DNA of 64,000 bases from Polymyxa betae A26-41. Taxonomy: Eukaryota; Protista; Endomyxa: Phytomyxea. Under the pieces are notes generated by a model. The model was given only the letters and a program-made list of their open reading frames with translations, was not told the DNA's origin and did no database searches. Where the stretch lies: assembly GCA_003693705.1 (NCBI GenBank), contig RBZT01000623.1, positions 1-64,000 on the forward strand. The letters run 5' to 3'. Below are positions 21,474 to 34,639 of this stretch, piece by piece. A program made the position numbers and the translations under genes. Position 1 is the first letter of the stretch. Each line of letters begins with the position of its first letter.

Positions 21474-22426
21474 AGGAGAGAACTAGAGTTACGTTACATA
21501 CCTGGATGTTACAGAGCTGAACTATACTGGTGAAAGGCCCAGGATGGAATGCGGAACAAGAGCAATCAAAACAGAAATGGACTGTGAGAACGTCTGAGAA
21601 TCAGATCACCTACGCCTCCAATATTGCCGTCAAATCTGGGTCCGCACTCCGTGGACACAAGTCTTTATATGAAGGCAGCGTTAATGAACCCTGTGCACTG
21701 GTACTGTAGTGGGACAGCAATTAAGGTAGGTAGCAGAGCGCAGCCTCTGAAATCTTAGGGTTAGGGTTTACATCGTTGCCAGACGCAAGTGTTGAGGCAT
21801 GATACCGATACGCGAATTTCGCACTCAAATACCCACTCAAACCTACGCTTACTGTAGAGCTACATAGCTGGCATAAATAATCTGACAACAGAGCTTTGCA
21901 GCTCCGTCATGATCAACTGCACTTGCTTACGTAACCCTAGGGGTCTGGATTGCATATTCATATAAGAGTAAATCTGAGTCAGTGAGTGACTATTGAGCGT
22001 GAGATGAGTGTGTACACACTACAATCTATGTAAAGGATCCGTTTGTTATTCTTATAGCATACCTGTCTATAGTTATTTGCAAAATCCAGAAACATTGAAC
22101 AGCAGCAACAGAAAAAAAGAAGAAATCCAGAAACATTGAAATTACGAAACTAATACAGGTTACAGAACAAACACGAATCAGTCCAATTGCTTTCACAGCC
22201 TAGTAACAAAGAATTGGTCTGCAGCTATACTATTTGGAATGCTCAGCTTTTATCCACAGCGCCCTCTATACCAGTTGAGCAAGTTTATTCATGAATGCCC
22301 ACAATGGCGAGGGGCAATAATGCTCTATTAATCGAAACATGCGGCACCTTCGATGGCAATTGGTTTCCACCAGAGCTGCAATAAAAAAGGTACGGAAATG
22401 GCAGCCGTGATTCGAGTTTAGTTTGG

Positions 22427-25400
22427 TTATTGCTGCTGACCATAAGACTTGAAAGCGTTAGGTGATCCTTGATCGGTGGCGCGCATTGACGCCATGAAGT
22501 ACCCCCCAGAGACAGACCCATCTGCAACTGATGCTGATGTTGGAAAAGTTGAGAGCGCAGCGGTCTTCATAGATCGTAGTCCTTTGGTGTGAAGAAGGTC
22601 ACCCGAACTGCCGCTGCTTTTTTCAGAATTAGTGAGTTTCTTTAATTTGGATTTTTTTGCTCTTTTCTCAGCTATGAATCGTTAATTCCAATAAACAGAT
22701 CCGTCAAATCAGTATTACCGATCATATCAAACAGTGCCTGTTTCCTTGTTTCCAGTTCAGATAACAAACACTTTAGTGTGTAAGCGGCAGTGCCGGCCAA
22801 GCCCACGAAGACCATAATAGTTAATGTTTTTCGTTCCATTTCGTCGGGGCCTGTAGTATTATCACTGGAATCTAAGATTGCTGCCGAGAACAACACTAGA
22901 ATTGTGACTAGGTTCCAAAGCGTTGCTACACGATTTTCTTCTTTCGTCTTATATGGATTAACTACAACACAGGGATAAATTAAGTATAACGGTGTATAAG
23001 AAACCGAGCTCCTTACAAAAGCTGTGCAACAGCAACGTAAGAAACAGTAATGCTAAAATCAAGAACAGCTGCGCGAATTTTCCTTGCACCAGGTTGATTG
23101 TCAAGATGATCTGTAGGTTCCAGTCAGGCTACGGCAGATATAACCCTTTAGCGTATTATACCAAAAGCCGTCGGATCATGTTGATAATCTCCCACCAGAA
23201 AAAACTGGGATTGTATGGACTAATCAGTTCTCCAAAACGATTCGCAAAGGAATCAGTGAATAAGGTACGGGTTCTATACCGAAACCATAAAAGCCCCGAA
23301 AAGCCCAATGGAATGCCGATCTATGATCAAATATATCAATAATTGTGTAGATCAACGTAAACAAGCGAATCTTCCAGACCCCATACAGAGACATCGCAAT
23401 ATATGACGACCAAACGTTCATCTTGTACTCGTCGGAAATACATCTGACCGAAAATTAAGAGAAAAATCAGGATTTAGCGACATGATACTGCTTACGAAAC
23501 GGATGGCTCTCGTTTGAGAAATAATTGACCCCGACCTGCATCTTGACAATTGAACGCATCAGCAGCAGCTGACACCAATAATGTGTATCCGTATAGCAAA
23601 ATAAGGTTGCTGTCGAAGGGCATAAGAATTTGAAATAGGAGGCTAAGCCACCTACGTGGCAAAAATGACCCGATTCTTCAGGTTGGACCTCGGATCCGTT
23701 CCCCAAACGATTCGGCAAAATACGAAATAACAGCAGCTCATTACAACCAAAATCATGAAAGAGATGATGGGCAGCAGCAATTTCAAATGCTGTTTCGTCC
23801 AGCTGTTCACAATTAATAAACAATACTGGCAAAAATGATTATATACTGTACAAGCTCATAGGCACAGCACACTCGGGTCCTGGAAACAGATGGAATGAGT
23901 AAATCTTCCAGATACGTAAACGCGCAACTTACGAAAAAGTTCAATGTTGAAGTTAAGAATAGAGAATACTCTAAGCGACATGTGGGTAACGGGCTACAAG
24001 ACAGAAGTTTCCTTACTGCCAAAGCGCTTGGATCTGACACGATGATATAAGTAACGATGTCAAATAGACAGTATTGACTAAACAGATACCTCAGGCGTCC
24101 AGTTATTCGTCAGCGACGTGGCGAAAACAGCAATGAGTTGCACATTTGACAAGCACAGCCCAATGGCAGAAAGAGGAGCTTTCGACGGCTTGGCGAAAGC
24201 CAGAAAGACTGCACAAAAAGATATGGCAGCCAATACCATTAGAACAATTCCGATAACGTTAGTTCCACAAGCGTGACATTCCTGTTGCAACCTGTAGCTG
24301 ACTCCGTTTATGCAACTGGAACACCGGAACCCACTATCACATGTAAGCACACGCAAAGCGTTCAGCATTTTCGAGATTACGTGTAGAGCTCTTTACAATG
24401 TGTTGTCTCACCGGTTGAAGAGAGGCATGCATCAGACGGGTCGCATTTGTATGCAATATATTTATCCGTCCTGATGTCTACGTAATAGCCGGCTTCGACA
24501 GTAACTATTTGACAAAAGTTTAGCATGGCAAACGAGGCGAATACGGATCTGTACGTGGTTCAACTAATCCGTGTGAGACACATTGAAAACCTGCCAAGCT
24601 CGCTGAGAATCATGAATTAAGTGGGTAAAGCAGCAAACCATCAGGACATAAGTCGCACACATAGCCTTCAGCATCAACGGTGCTGTTATGAAAGTAGCCG
24701 ATATTGCAAAGGCAGGATTTTTGTGACGTCGCTTTGGAGGGGTCAGAAACGGCACTATGCCCTTGACAGGATTTGCATTTAGAAGCGCCTGGAAATATTT
24801 TTAGTCGTCGTCAAGTGCTTCGAAGGCACACCTTCAGAATCAGTATAGCTGATCAGAGAGCATGTGAGGCACTCAGTGGATCTTGCAATCGTGTCCGAGT
24901 AACGCCCGGCGGGACATATCGTACAAGATGTCTTCCCTAAATTCAGCGAATAGTATCCGGCGGGACATGCATCACAGGTGCCGTTCGTTGATGAGTTGCT
25001 GTATCGACCAGCAGCACATGGAGGACAGCTGGATTTATCGGTAGAAGGTCCTGTCCCACTGCTGCACCGGGTACATGATGTCGCGCCAAGTTCGGCGATA
25101 GAACCGGAATCGCTGAAAAAGCTTTCAGCGATAATGTCGCACGCTACCTCAAGTTTACCAAGATTGACAGTCAGCAGAGCCTTGTGTCGCGGAATATGAT
25201 CCTGCTGGGCAGGACGAGCACATATCTCCATTTTTTGAGAACGAACCAGCCTGGCACGGCATGCAGCTTGCTTGACCCCGATCCGGCATCGTCCCGTCTG
25301 GGCTGCATTCGTAAAGAAATGAAATTCAAAGCAGACCAACAGCTTACCATTTAATACAACTTGTTGCGCCTTGTTGACTAACCATACCAAATGGGCACGT

Positions 25401-28400
25401 TAAACAGGTTACGTTTGCGTAAGTTCCAGCAGGACAGGTCTGACAGCTAGAAGAACCTTTCGAGGAAACAGAGCCTGATTGACTTTCAAACGATTGTTAG
25501 CATTGGACTGTTGGCCGGGCTACAGAATACCATGGAAGGCATTTGTTCGTTTTGATGGGAACGTATGTTCCAGCATCGCTAGCATGAGTATTAACAAACG
25601 ATTTCGAACGTTGATTTTTGGTACCATTCGATGCAGCTTGACAGATCAGAAGCTGATATGGATCCATCCGGGCTGTAATCAATTTTCAAGATTTCAACCA
25701 CGCCATGGATTAGAGACAGACCATTGTGTGCACTTGCTTGCCTTCGCGACACTCATGGTTCCAGCTGGGCATTGCGTGCAAGTAGAAGTCTCTGCGAATC
25801 TGCCTGATGGACAAGACGTACAGCTGGCCTGGCCGGCTTCCGCCACCCACCCAGCATCACTGTAATGCTGTCGTCATTGCCAGCACCATTTCATTAGTAG
25901 ACTGACCATGTCTGGCACGAGGATGCCCCGTCCCTAGTAGCAAATCTTCCAGATGGACATGCAGTACACGTTACGGACCTCTGGTCTTTGGCGAATCTTC
26001 CTGCTGGGCATAACAAGCACTGAGAAACGCCCGTCGCATTTGCAAATCTGCCAGCGTCGCTAATACTTTGTTAGAGAGAAAGAGGTTGGCGATGGGGTAT
26101 GGATTCACCATGGCTGACAAGTAGAAGAGCCCGTGCTGGAAGCGAAGGTTCCAGGTTGGCATGCAGAGCATCCTATGGAGCCAGAACTGGTTGTGAACCT
26201 CCCTGCTTGGCAGGGCAAACACTGGGAGAGACCGGTGGCGTTCGAGAATCTGCCAACGTCGCTAACGTAGGCGCTTAACAGTGAGATGAATGTAAATTCT
26301 GGCGCATCGTACCATAAACGACACGTGGAGGCATTGAATGCGCTTGAAGCCGTACCAAGCCAGCAGTTCGAACAACTTGTGACGTTCGCGAATCTCCCAG
26401 ACCCACATCCTTGACAGTATGAGCTGTCGACAGATGGGATAGTTCCACTAGGGCTAAAGGGCAACGTCAATTTCTGCAAAGTGGTACTTCAGGATGGATT
26501 CGTACCATGATGAGCAAAGGGCGGATTTCGCAGTTGAGTATAATCCTTTCGCACTGAGTAATTGGTCAGCTTAACAGGCAACATCTGGGATTTGACAGAT
26601 ACCAGCTTGAACAAGAACTCTGCCCAACGTTAGAATAAGTCCCACCAGGACAAACGGTGCAATTGAAAGAAGCAGGCACGGGTGAATACGTCCCAGCTGA
26701 GCATCTTGTACAATTTCCATTGATTTTACTGCTATAAGTACCTGTCCATGCATTACAAGACAAGTTATATGGGTTCAGGGCTGATTTTAACCTGCTGTGC
26801 AATCAACGCAGGCGTTCGATTGTATGCCGGTTCCAAATGGGCAGTAGCATGATCCCCAGGGATCGCCGGCATATGATGCTACGGCAACAGCTCCTGGCAT
26901 GCATTTCCGGCAACCGGTTCCTGTTCTAGCAATTTCGCACGAGCACGACGTTTGGGAAAAGCCCACAATTCCATGACCAGAGCATGGCTTTGGAGGGAAT
27001 TGGACAGAATCGAAATTGGATCCGACATTGCAGTAGTTGGTTGGATCTATCGCACTGACCGTTGACAAAGAAAACGAAGTTGCACTTGGCTGTGAAGATT
27101 CGTTCTTGAACCGAATTGCAGCCAGCAATAGATTAAAGGAATCCGGGAGAGGCATGTCGTATTTACAGGAAGATGCAAAAGGAATATCAGGACCCATAAA
27201 GAATCCGGCTTGTTCGAACTCGAATACAAAGTGTTGAAGTGACGATGACCTAGTTGCCGAATCAACTGTGAGCTAAATGATACAGTCAACTTCAAAGAAA
27301 AAAATCTGTTTTGAGTGACTTTACTGTAAACGTTGTGGATGATCCGAATAGTAACGTTCCCGAAACCACCGCGGAAACAGACACAGAATGCCATGAAGGA
27401 GGCGACGAAAAAGATATCGGACCGAGTAGTGTAACACCTGAACTTTCTGGACAGATAGCGCTTGCAGTGCTTTTGGCGATTACGGCGACCACCTACAAGC
27501 CTCGTATTAACATTCACAGTGCCTTAGTCGAGGATTGCATTACCGATGACTTGGTTCCTATATCAGAAACCTGCCGGCCCCACCAGATTGTGAGGGAAGC
27601 TCCGCTAACTGTTCGAATCTGAAATATTGGGATATAGGTTTCGACTTGGGTTGCTGGTGCATTATCAACATTGAGCCGCATGTAAACCCAGAAAAACGAT
27701 AAACTGATTAGGCCGCGAGAATAGCCCAGTGTGGCATTATAGGTTGGAATTACAGGACCTGTTGCTATTAGTCTTCCAGAGTCCGAGTTTGAATCCTGCG
27801 ATGAGCGAAGTGGATCCTTGGCATCCAAATAATATCGGTAATTGCTTTTCTCAATGTAAGCCGGATTTTGAGTACTCTCGGGAATCATTCGGTATAGAGA
27901 TTTCACAGCGGAGTCGGAGATCGCTCGATCATAAACACGAAGATTGAATATGGAAGCATTTGCATCGGCAGATTTAGAACCTATGGCTGCTGACATGATT
28001 AAGTTCGGTTGCCAAGGATCACATGATAGCGACTGAGAGAAGACCGAGGTCGTATTGGACCAGACCTGATATGACATCAACAAGCTGGGATACAGTATTA
28101 GAGCTCGTTCTTTACCTTCACGGTGAAAGTGTTGTCAGGATTCGTTGCGAATGCAACAGATAACATTGTCCAGTATCCTAGCACTCCTTGGACATTCACA
28201 CGAACTGAGCATGAAAGGTATTTGAAGCCGACTTGCATCTTTGTTGAGATGAATCCTATGTGAATTCGAAAAAGAAACTCCATTTTCAGTTACCTGTTTC
28301 TGGTTAGCATCGAAACTGTATGAGAACAGCAGCATATTAGAGAACGACGGTCGGACAACATTCCATTCCAGCCAGGCTGTGGGAGTCGAAATGCAGGACG

Positions 28401-28665
28401 TGGAGCTAGCGTCAAGACACAGCGTTCGAAACCAGGCTGAAAGAGAAAAATCTGCCTTGGATTTCCATAGAGAAGGCAACTGTAGCAGCGGATCTGGGTA
28501 CTTCAGTGATATATTTGGTTCCACAAGGGGCCCTAATGCCATCAGAAGTCCATCTGCAGGGCAGACTTCATATGCTGGGGAGCAATCCCAGATAGTCTCG
28601 CTGTAAGCAACAGTTAGGTTCGCAGCAATCACCAAAATGATGGCCCTAATAGCCAGGAAACGCAT
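22427..28665 (-). CDS. Giant receptor-like membrane protein A (signal peptide, LamG-like region, EGF, many CxxCxxG[Y/F] repeats, multi-TM C-terminus); many introns
   Basis: MRFLAIRAIILVIAANL signal; FSLSAWF / IFNLRVYDRAIS / ISLSFFWV LamG-like strands; PCSGHG..CSC EGF; repeats such as CDACPAGYYS; TM region with LSNVQLIAVF and RFGELISPYNPSFFWWEIINMIRRLL. Confidence 0.8.
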
Positions 28666-28849
28666 AAGATGGGCCGTGGAGCCGATTGCTGAACGAGATT
28701 GTCCTGCGTGCAAGCCAACACAGACTGGAAGCAATCATCCTTTCATTCACTTCACAGTTTATTTACCGTTATCCCCTGGAAATTCCCTGCTCAGTATAAA
28801 CTTCAAAAGTCCATGTTCTCTTGGTTTTCAGGCTGTGGCTCCGATTCGT

Positions 28850-31800
28850 CTAGTTCTCAATGAGATGCAAGTTTGGAATTCTGGGGATTTTCTTACCAAT
28901 GAATGAAAGAGCTTCAACTTCAACCTGTTCCCCATCTTTAGCAGAATTATGCGTGTTACTTGTCTTAAAGCTTCCGACTTTTTGAACAGGCAGAACAGCG
29001 CTCGTTGAAGGATTTCTGACTACTGGATCATAATATTGAGCTGCAACCGATCTAGCAGTTGGCCCAACAACAACGGGATAATCGCGTTTGAACTCATGAC
29101 CTTCAAATGCAGCATTAAAGCCTCCTCCATGATCCGATACAAAGAATGAGGTGTCCGTTAAATCTTGATTCACTGAGACGATTTCAATATGTCAAGTATA
29201 TGTTCGGATATGTTCAGAGCCTACCGAAATCAGAGACCACAGTTTTTGCAGGCTTACCAGCTCGAATTTGGATCTCAGTCCAAACGGTATAGAATGAATA
29301 CAAAATCGTTAGCAGGAGCGAAACAAAGATCATGATCTCAAGCGTGAAACCCTCGGAACCGGATTGAGCACCACCAGCTTCTAACACTCCGGCTGAGAAG
29401 AGGATTAAAATGGCAACGATATTCCACATAATAGACAATCTATTCTCTTCCAAAGTTCGGTATGGATAGCAAAAGATTTGAAACACCATCGCGGCAAATA
29501 ATAGTGAAAGAACAACGAAGAGTTGCATATATATGCTTTGAAGCACGTTGGTCGCCAATACAACCTAAATCCATAATATTACTGAAACCCAACTAAGCAG
29601 AGATTGTATGTTAGAAACTATTACAAGCAATTTCCGAAGAAGGTTGACAATTTCCCACCAGAAGCAACTGGCATTATATGGAGAAGTCAATGCCCCGAAG
29701 GATCGCTGAAATTTGGCAGTAAATAAGGTAGAGTTATTATAATGGAACAGCAAGACGGCGGTGATAACAATCGGGATTACAGACTAGGATGTAAGTTAAA
29801 TCATTGTGGTTGAATAACTCGCAGGATACCGCATAGGCAGCGAAAACCAGCATTGACGTCCCAACGTGGTCGTAATAATCAGCACCAGAGCATCTATAAT
29901 CAATTAAGATAGCGATTGAAAGTGGTAATAAAACACACTCTATCGAAGGATCTTGTTTCATGAAATATCGCCCTGCACCAACATCTTCACAGCTTAGGGG
30001 ACCAGTTGCAGTCGCAATAGCAATTGTGTACCCGTGCAGCATCAGAATGATACTGTACATAATTTTAAAACGCCCATTAAACATTTTAGCCGTCATCCTA
30101 CCAAGCGAAAATGAAACGATGTTTGGATTCTTCTTTTAGTTCATTAGCTGCCTCACCTTGCCTCTAATTGATTTTCAATAAAACAAAAACATTCCAGTGA
30201 AAATTACTTACAAATAATAAGGATGTAGCATTGTACGTATACCTAGCTATACTCAAAGCGAACAGAATGACAAGCGCTACTAGAGGTAGGAAGAACTGGA
30301 CTTGTTGTCTTCGCCAGCTACAAAGCATTCAGCAAGTGAAGGTTACGAACTGTTTTTGATGCTTACTAATCCATACCAAGACTGCACTCGGGCCCTAAGC
30401 AGAACGTCATTCAAAATTCAGAAATTACAAGATCTGAGCATACGGAACATGTTGATATTGAGGTTTAGAATAGAAATAGTCCTATGAAGTCTCAGATAAC
30501 AATAATGCAGCCGTTAACTATGATTTAGAGTACCCGAAAGACGATGACACCTGTAAAGAGTAAATCAGAAATGTCACAGAGAACTGTTGTAAGACGTTAC
30601 TGAGGAGTTCCAACGGTTGGAAACGGACAATCCGAAAACGGAAATTAGCTGGAGATTACTGAGCGATATTCCAATTGAGCTAAGCGGATGCTTCGAGGGC
30701 TGGGCAATCTGTAATATCAAGGAACATCCAAGAATGAGCAAAATGACGAGCGCAATGGGTCCCAGAGCACCCGAGCCACATTCGATGCATTTAGTTCCAT
30801 AGCGATAATATTCACTGAGACAAGCAGAGCAACGATATCCCCTGGAAAAGTAATCTCAGTTCAATTCACGAAAATGCAGAAAGTGCTTTTTACTCGTAAC
30901 CAGTTGCACATTGAGTCGAATTATTTTCTTGGGTAACTACACATGCCTGCTCGGGAGTGCATTTCAATGCCACATATGGCTGTCTCAAATCTCTGTAATA
31001 TCCAGGGAAAAGACCTGCAAAATGGTTAAACACTAGTTTTTCCAACCATTATGTAGCAGGGATCTATAGACCTGGGTAACTAACCCCTGGGCTCGTGCAA
31101 ACATATTCTAGACAGAAGAGTTGAATGTAATTATTATAACAGTCAAGAAACCAGCAGACCTGCTGGACATAAATCGCATATATATCCCCTAGAATCAGCG
31201 GTCCTATTATGGAAATAGTCTGGTCGGCAAAGGCAGGAATCTTGAGATGTACTCCCCAGATTTGTTGCGGAGCTGTTTGCCTGACAGGACGTACAATTGC
31301 TCGAACCTGTTGCCTGGTTAGTAACTCGAGCATCTAACAGCAACAGCATTAGGTACCGAGTTTACTGCTAAAAGTATTGGTGGGACAGTAATTGCATTTA
31401 GTGCTTGTAGAATCGGCAGTATATGAGCCAATGGGACATTGAATGCAATCGGTTTGCCCTGTCGCATCAGCATATCTTCCCGGTTGACAATCTGAACATA
31501 TTGCAGAAGCAGAACGAGAGCTGTATTGCCCAACTGGACAATAGACGCATGCAGTCTGATCAGTGTTCGGATAGGTCCCTGCTTGACATGCTGCGCATGA
31601 GCGACCGCTAGGCAATGATACGTATCCCGATTCGCTGAGTTTACATAAGATCTTTAATTAGCTTTGCAATAGCAGGCTTATTTACCACTGAAAGCAAGAT
31701 GATGATCCTGTTTGATTGGAAAAGTACCCTCTAGGACAAGGCATGCACTGGATGTTGTCGCTTGTAAAAGTCCCTTCATCACATGCAACACAGGTGGTTC

Positions 31801-34233
31801 TGTTAGCTACAGAAACCTGTCCTGATGGGCTATTTCTACATCAGCACGCAGCGGCCTGTACAGAGATTCTATCTCACCACGCTTGGCATGAAGAAGCGTT
31901 TCCTTGACGATATCTGCCAAAGCTGCAAAGAGCACATGTACCTGAAATATGATCGGCATAAGTCCCATCTGAACAAGAAATGCAGCTGCTGTGATCAGTA
32001 TTTGGCATAGTTCCGGTTGGACTGCAGTCTCATATCAATATCGAAATAGGAATTGGCATGCAAAACACCATTGGGTACAAATGGAAGACCCTGGGGCACT
32101 AACTTGGCCGGAGGGGCATGCAATGCAGCTTGTTAAAGTTGAATAATTCCCGGCAGGGCAAGTGTCGCATGATTTGCTGCCGGTTGTCGAAGAATACGTC
32201 CCAGGGGAACAGCTAACGCACACGCCTCGACGGGAATCGGTATATGTGCCTGTAGGACAGAGACCACATTGGGTGCGATTAGCGTAAACCGCATTTGGAA
32301 GGGAGCAAGCTACACATATGCTATTCGCTTGGGATGTATAGTATCCTAGGCAGAATTAGAAAGTTAACAGCAAAACGAATTTAGATTACCATCTGCACAT
32401 GCGTCACATGTCTCAGTTGAAGTGGACAAGCCATATCCGGGAGGACAATCACAGCTGTAATAAGGATCGCCAACCGCGTCAACTGCTTCAAAGTTGGTGC
32501 CGCATTTACGACAATTGCCGGGTTCTCTGTCGTAATCGCACGAACATGTTCCATTGGCAAAAGCAGTACCTCGACCATAGCACAGTGGGGGAGGAAAAAG
32601 CGATGCATCTCCATTCGCACCGATAGTGCACTCTTGGTCAAATGTGATCGCTTTCGCTTTAGCCTGTTCGCTCAAAAAATCAAAGGTGCTGTCGGTAAAC
32701 TCCTTGACCCGTAGCTGGCGAAGCAAGAAAGTGAGCGGTGGCGCCGACCTTGTGCAGGCGGTCGCATTCACTACGAAGAAAACCTTGTCGTAAATTGATG
32801 TGTATGCGACTAGAGCGCTATTCGAACAAGAGGCAGCGTTGTCAACACAAATCTGAACGAGTTTTTAAAGACAGGACAATGTAAGAGAAATCAGTTATCT
32901 CACCGTCCAGATACGTCTGGTGGAATTCGTCGTGGGTGCCTTACTACCAATGAAGATATGATGATATTGATTATCGGCTGGCAGGCGAGTAGAAAGCGTG
33001 TTCACCATCGAGCAGATTGGAGTATCTTCAAAATGCTCCAACACTATCTGAGGTAAGCACTGTTATTGACTGTCATTGATAAGCAATGTTGTTCCTAAAC
33101 CGTTGTGATATCCTGAATTTGCTGAATCCAAGTATTAACTCTGTATCCTTTCATAGTGCCCAGGATTTGAAGAACACCTTTCGAGTACGAGCCTGATAAA
33201 ACGGGCGTGTCTAATTTGATCCAGAATGATATCCAAAAGCTAAGACTCGGAGGCAGAAGAAATTGTTGACGGCCTTGATTAAATTGCTGGTCGAGATTAA
33301 GAGCAGAAGTGACTGTAGGTCTTATAGGTCCATCGAGGAGAAGCTCACCGTTGCCCATTGTCGAAGTGGTCGTCCTGATGGTATCATTTGAAGAGCGATA
33401 AAATCTGAATCCGATTTTGCTGGTAGCGGAAGGGATAGTGGATTTTGGGTGGTTTTGGAAAAGAATTGACGGCGTAGTGCCAGGGAACGGACTGTCATAT
33501 AGTCGAAGATTATACATTAGAAGATCATGTGAGCTATTCGAAAGCGGTTGCAACCAAACCGAGGTCGAGTTCGATAAACCTGTAAACGGAGCTGAATTGC
33601 AGTTCGTACCCGAAAGCGAGGACCCAGAATCCGTTCCGTTAATCTTGAACTACCAGCATGAATAAATAGGATGTAAACGTCCACCATTCTGTTTCGATCT
33701 TACAGTCGGATAACCAGTTTGATCGAACGACAAAGAAAGCAAAATCCAATACTTGAAGTCGGTTGGGAGATAAAATGGAATCTCCAATCTGCAATTTGAC
33801 TGTGAACTTGATACTGAAAATTCGCTCCCAAATGTAGCCTGATAAGATGTCTTTTTTCTAATAGCACTGAATTCCGTTTCGAACTTACTGTATGCGTCTC
33901 AGAATCATACGAAAATTGAAAAGCTAATTGGGTATTGGTTGATGACGAATTGAAAACCAAAAAACTTTGCCGATAAACCGACAATGCTGGGGTTTGTGCC
34001 CTCGCTTTCAACCAAAAAGCAATAGAAATTGCAGGGCTATTAACAATTGAGGGAAGTTGAAGGATTGGGTCAGGATAAGCTAGACGAGAAGCTTGGTTTT
34101 GTATCTGCACAGGCCCATAGACCGCTGTCAGACCATCAACTGGTGCTGAGTTATAAATTTCAGAGCAAGGAATATTGCTGGATGAATTCACAGATAGTAG
34201 CAATATAGGCAACAATGCCAACCAGAAAGCCAT
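28850..34233 (-). CDS. Giant receptor-like membrane protein B, tandem paralogue of A; many introns
   Basis: MAFWLALLPILLLSVNS signal; YPDPILQLPS shared with A (YPDPLLQLPS); ISIAFWLK, MYNLRLYDS, FPPPLCYGRG EGF; Cys repeats; LSNLQLISVF and FGALTSPYNASCFWWEIVNLLRKLL. Confidence 0.8.
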
Positions 34234-34639
34234 GTGTTGCTTAATGGCTTCGAGATCGTTATCGTACTTGAGTACTTAGATAGCACATAACGCCTTTAGG
34301 TTGCATTTCAGTAAGGGATTGTGAAATCATGCTTGGGCAATGCAAGGAATGAACAGGCCCAACTGTTGCAATATTCTGATAGAAATCTTGCTTTAAGGAT
34401 TTCAGTGTTGCACTGATGCAAATCGGCCGAAACAGAAGACGTTGATGACGAAGAGAAAGTCGCAACGGTAAAAAACTTCCTATTTACTAGATTAACAGGC
34501 CGGGAACATTTCTAGAACGCTACCTGTCATACATTGTTATACGATCATGCATAATAGACCTGACATCTGAGAAGAATTTGCTGAGGGTAAGCTTCAAAGA
34601 GCGATACCCTCATCTTACACAACACAAAGCGATCGAAAT

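Noticed and set aside
21755-21769. Telomerase RNA template (AAACCCUAACCCUAA) in an ORF-free region
   Set aside because: Similar motifs recur at many promoters here, it does not match the TTTTAGGG-type copies, and I see no pseudoknot or Pol III signals. A telo-box is the simpler reading, though this cannot be fully excluded.
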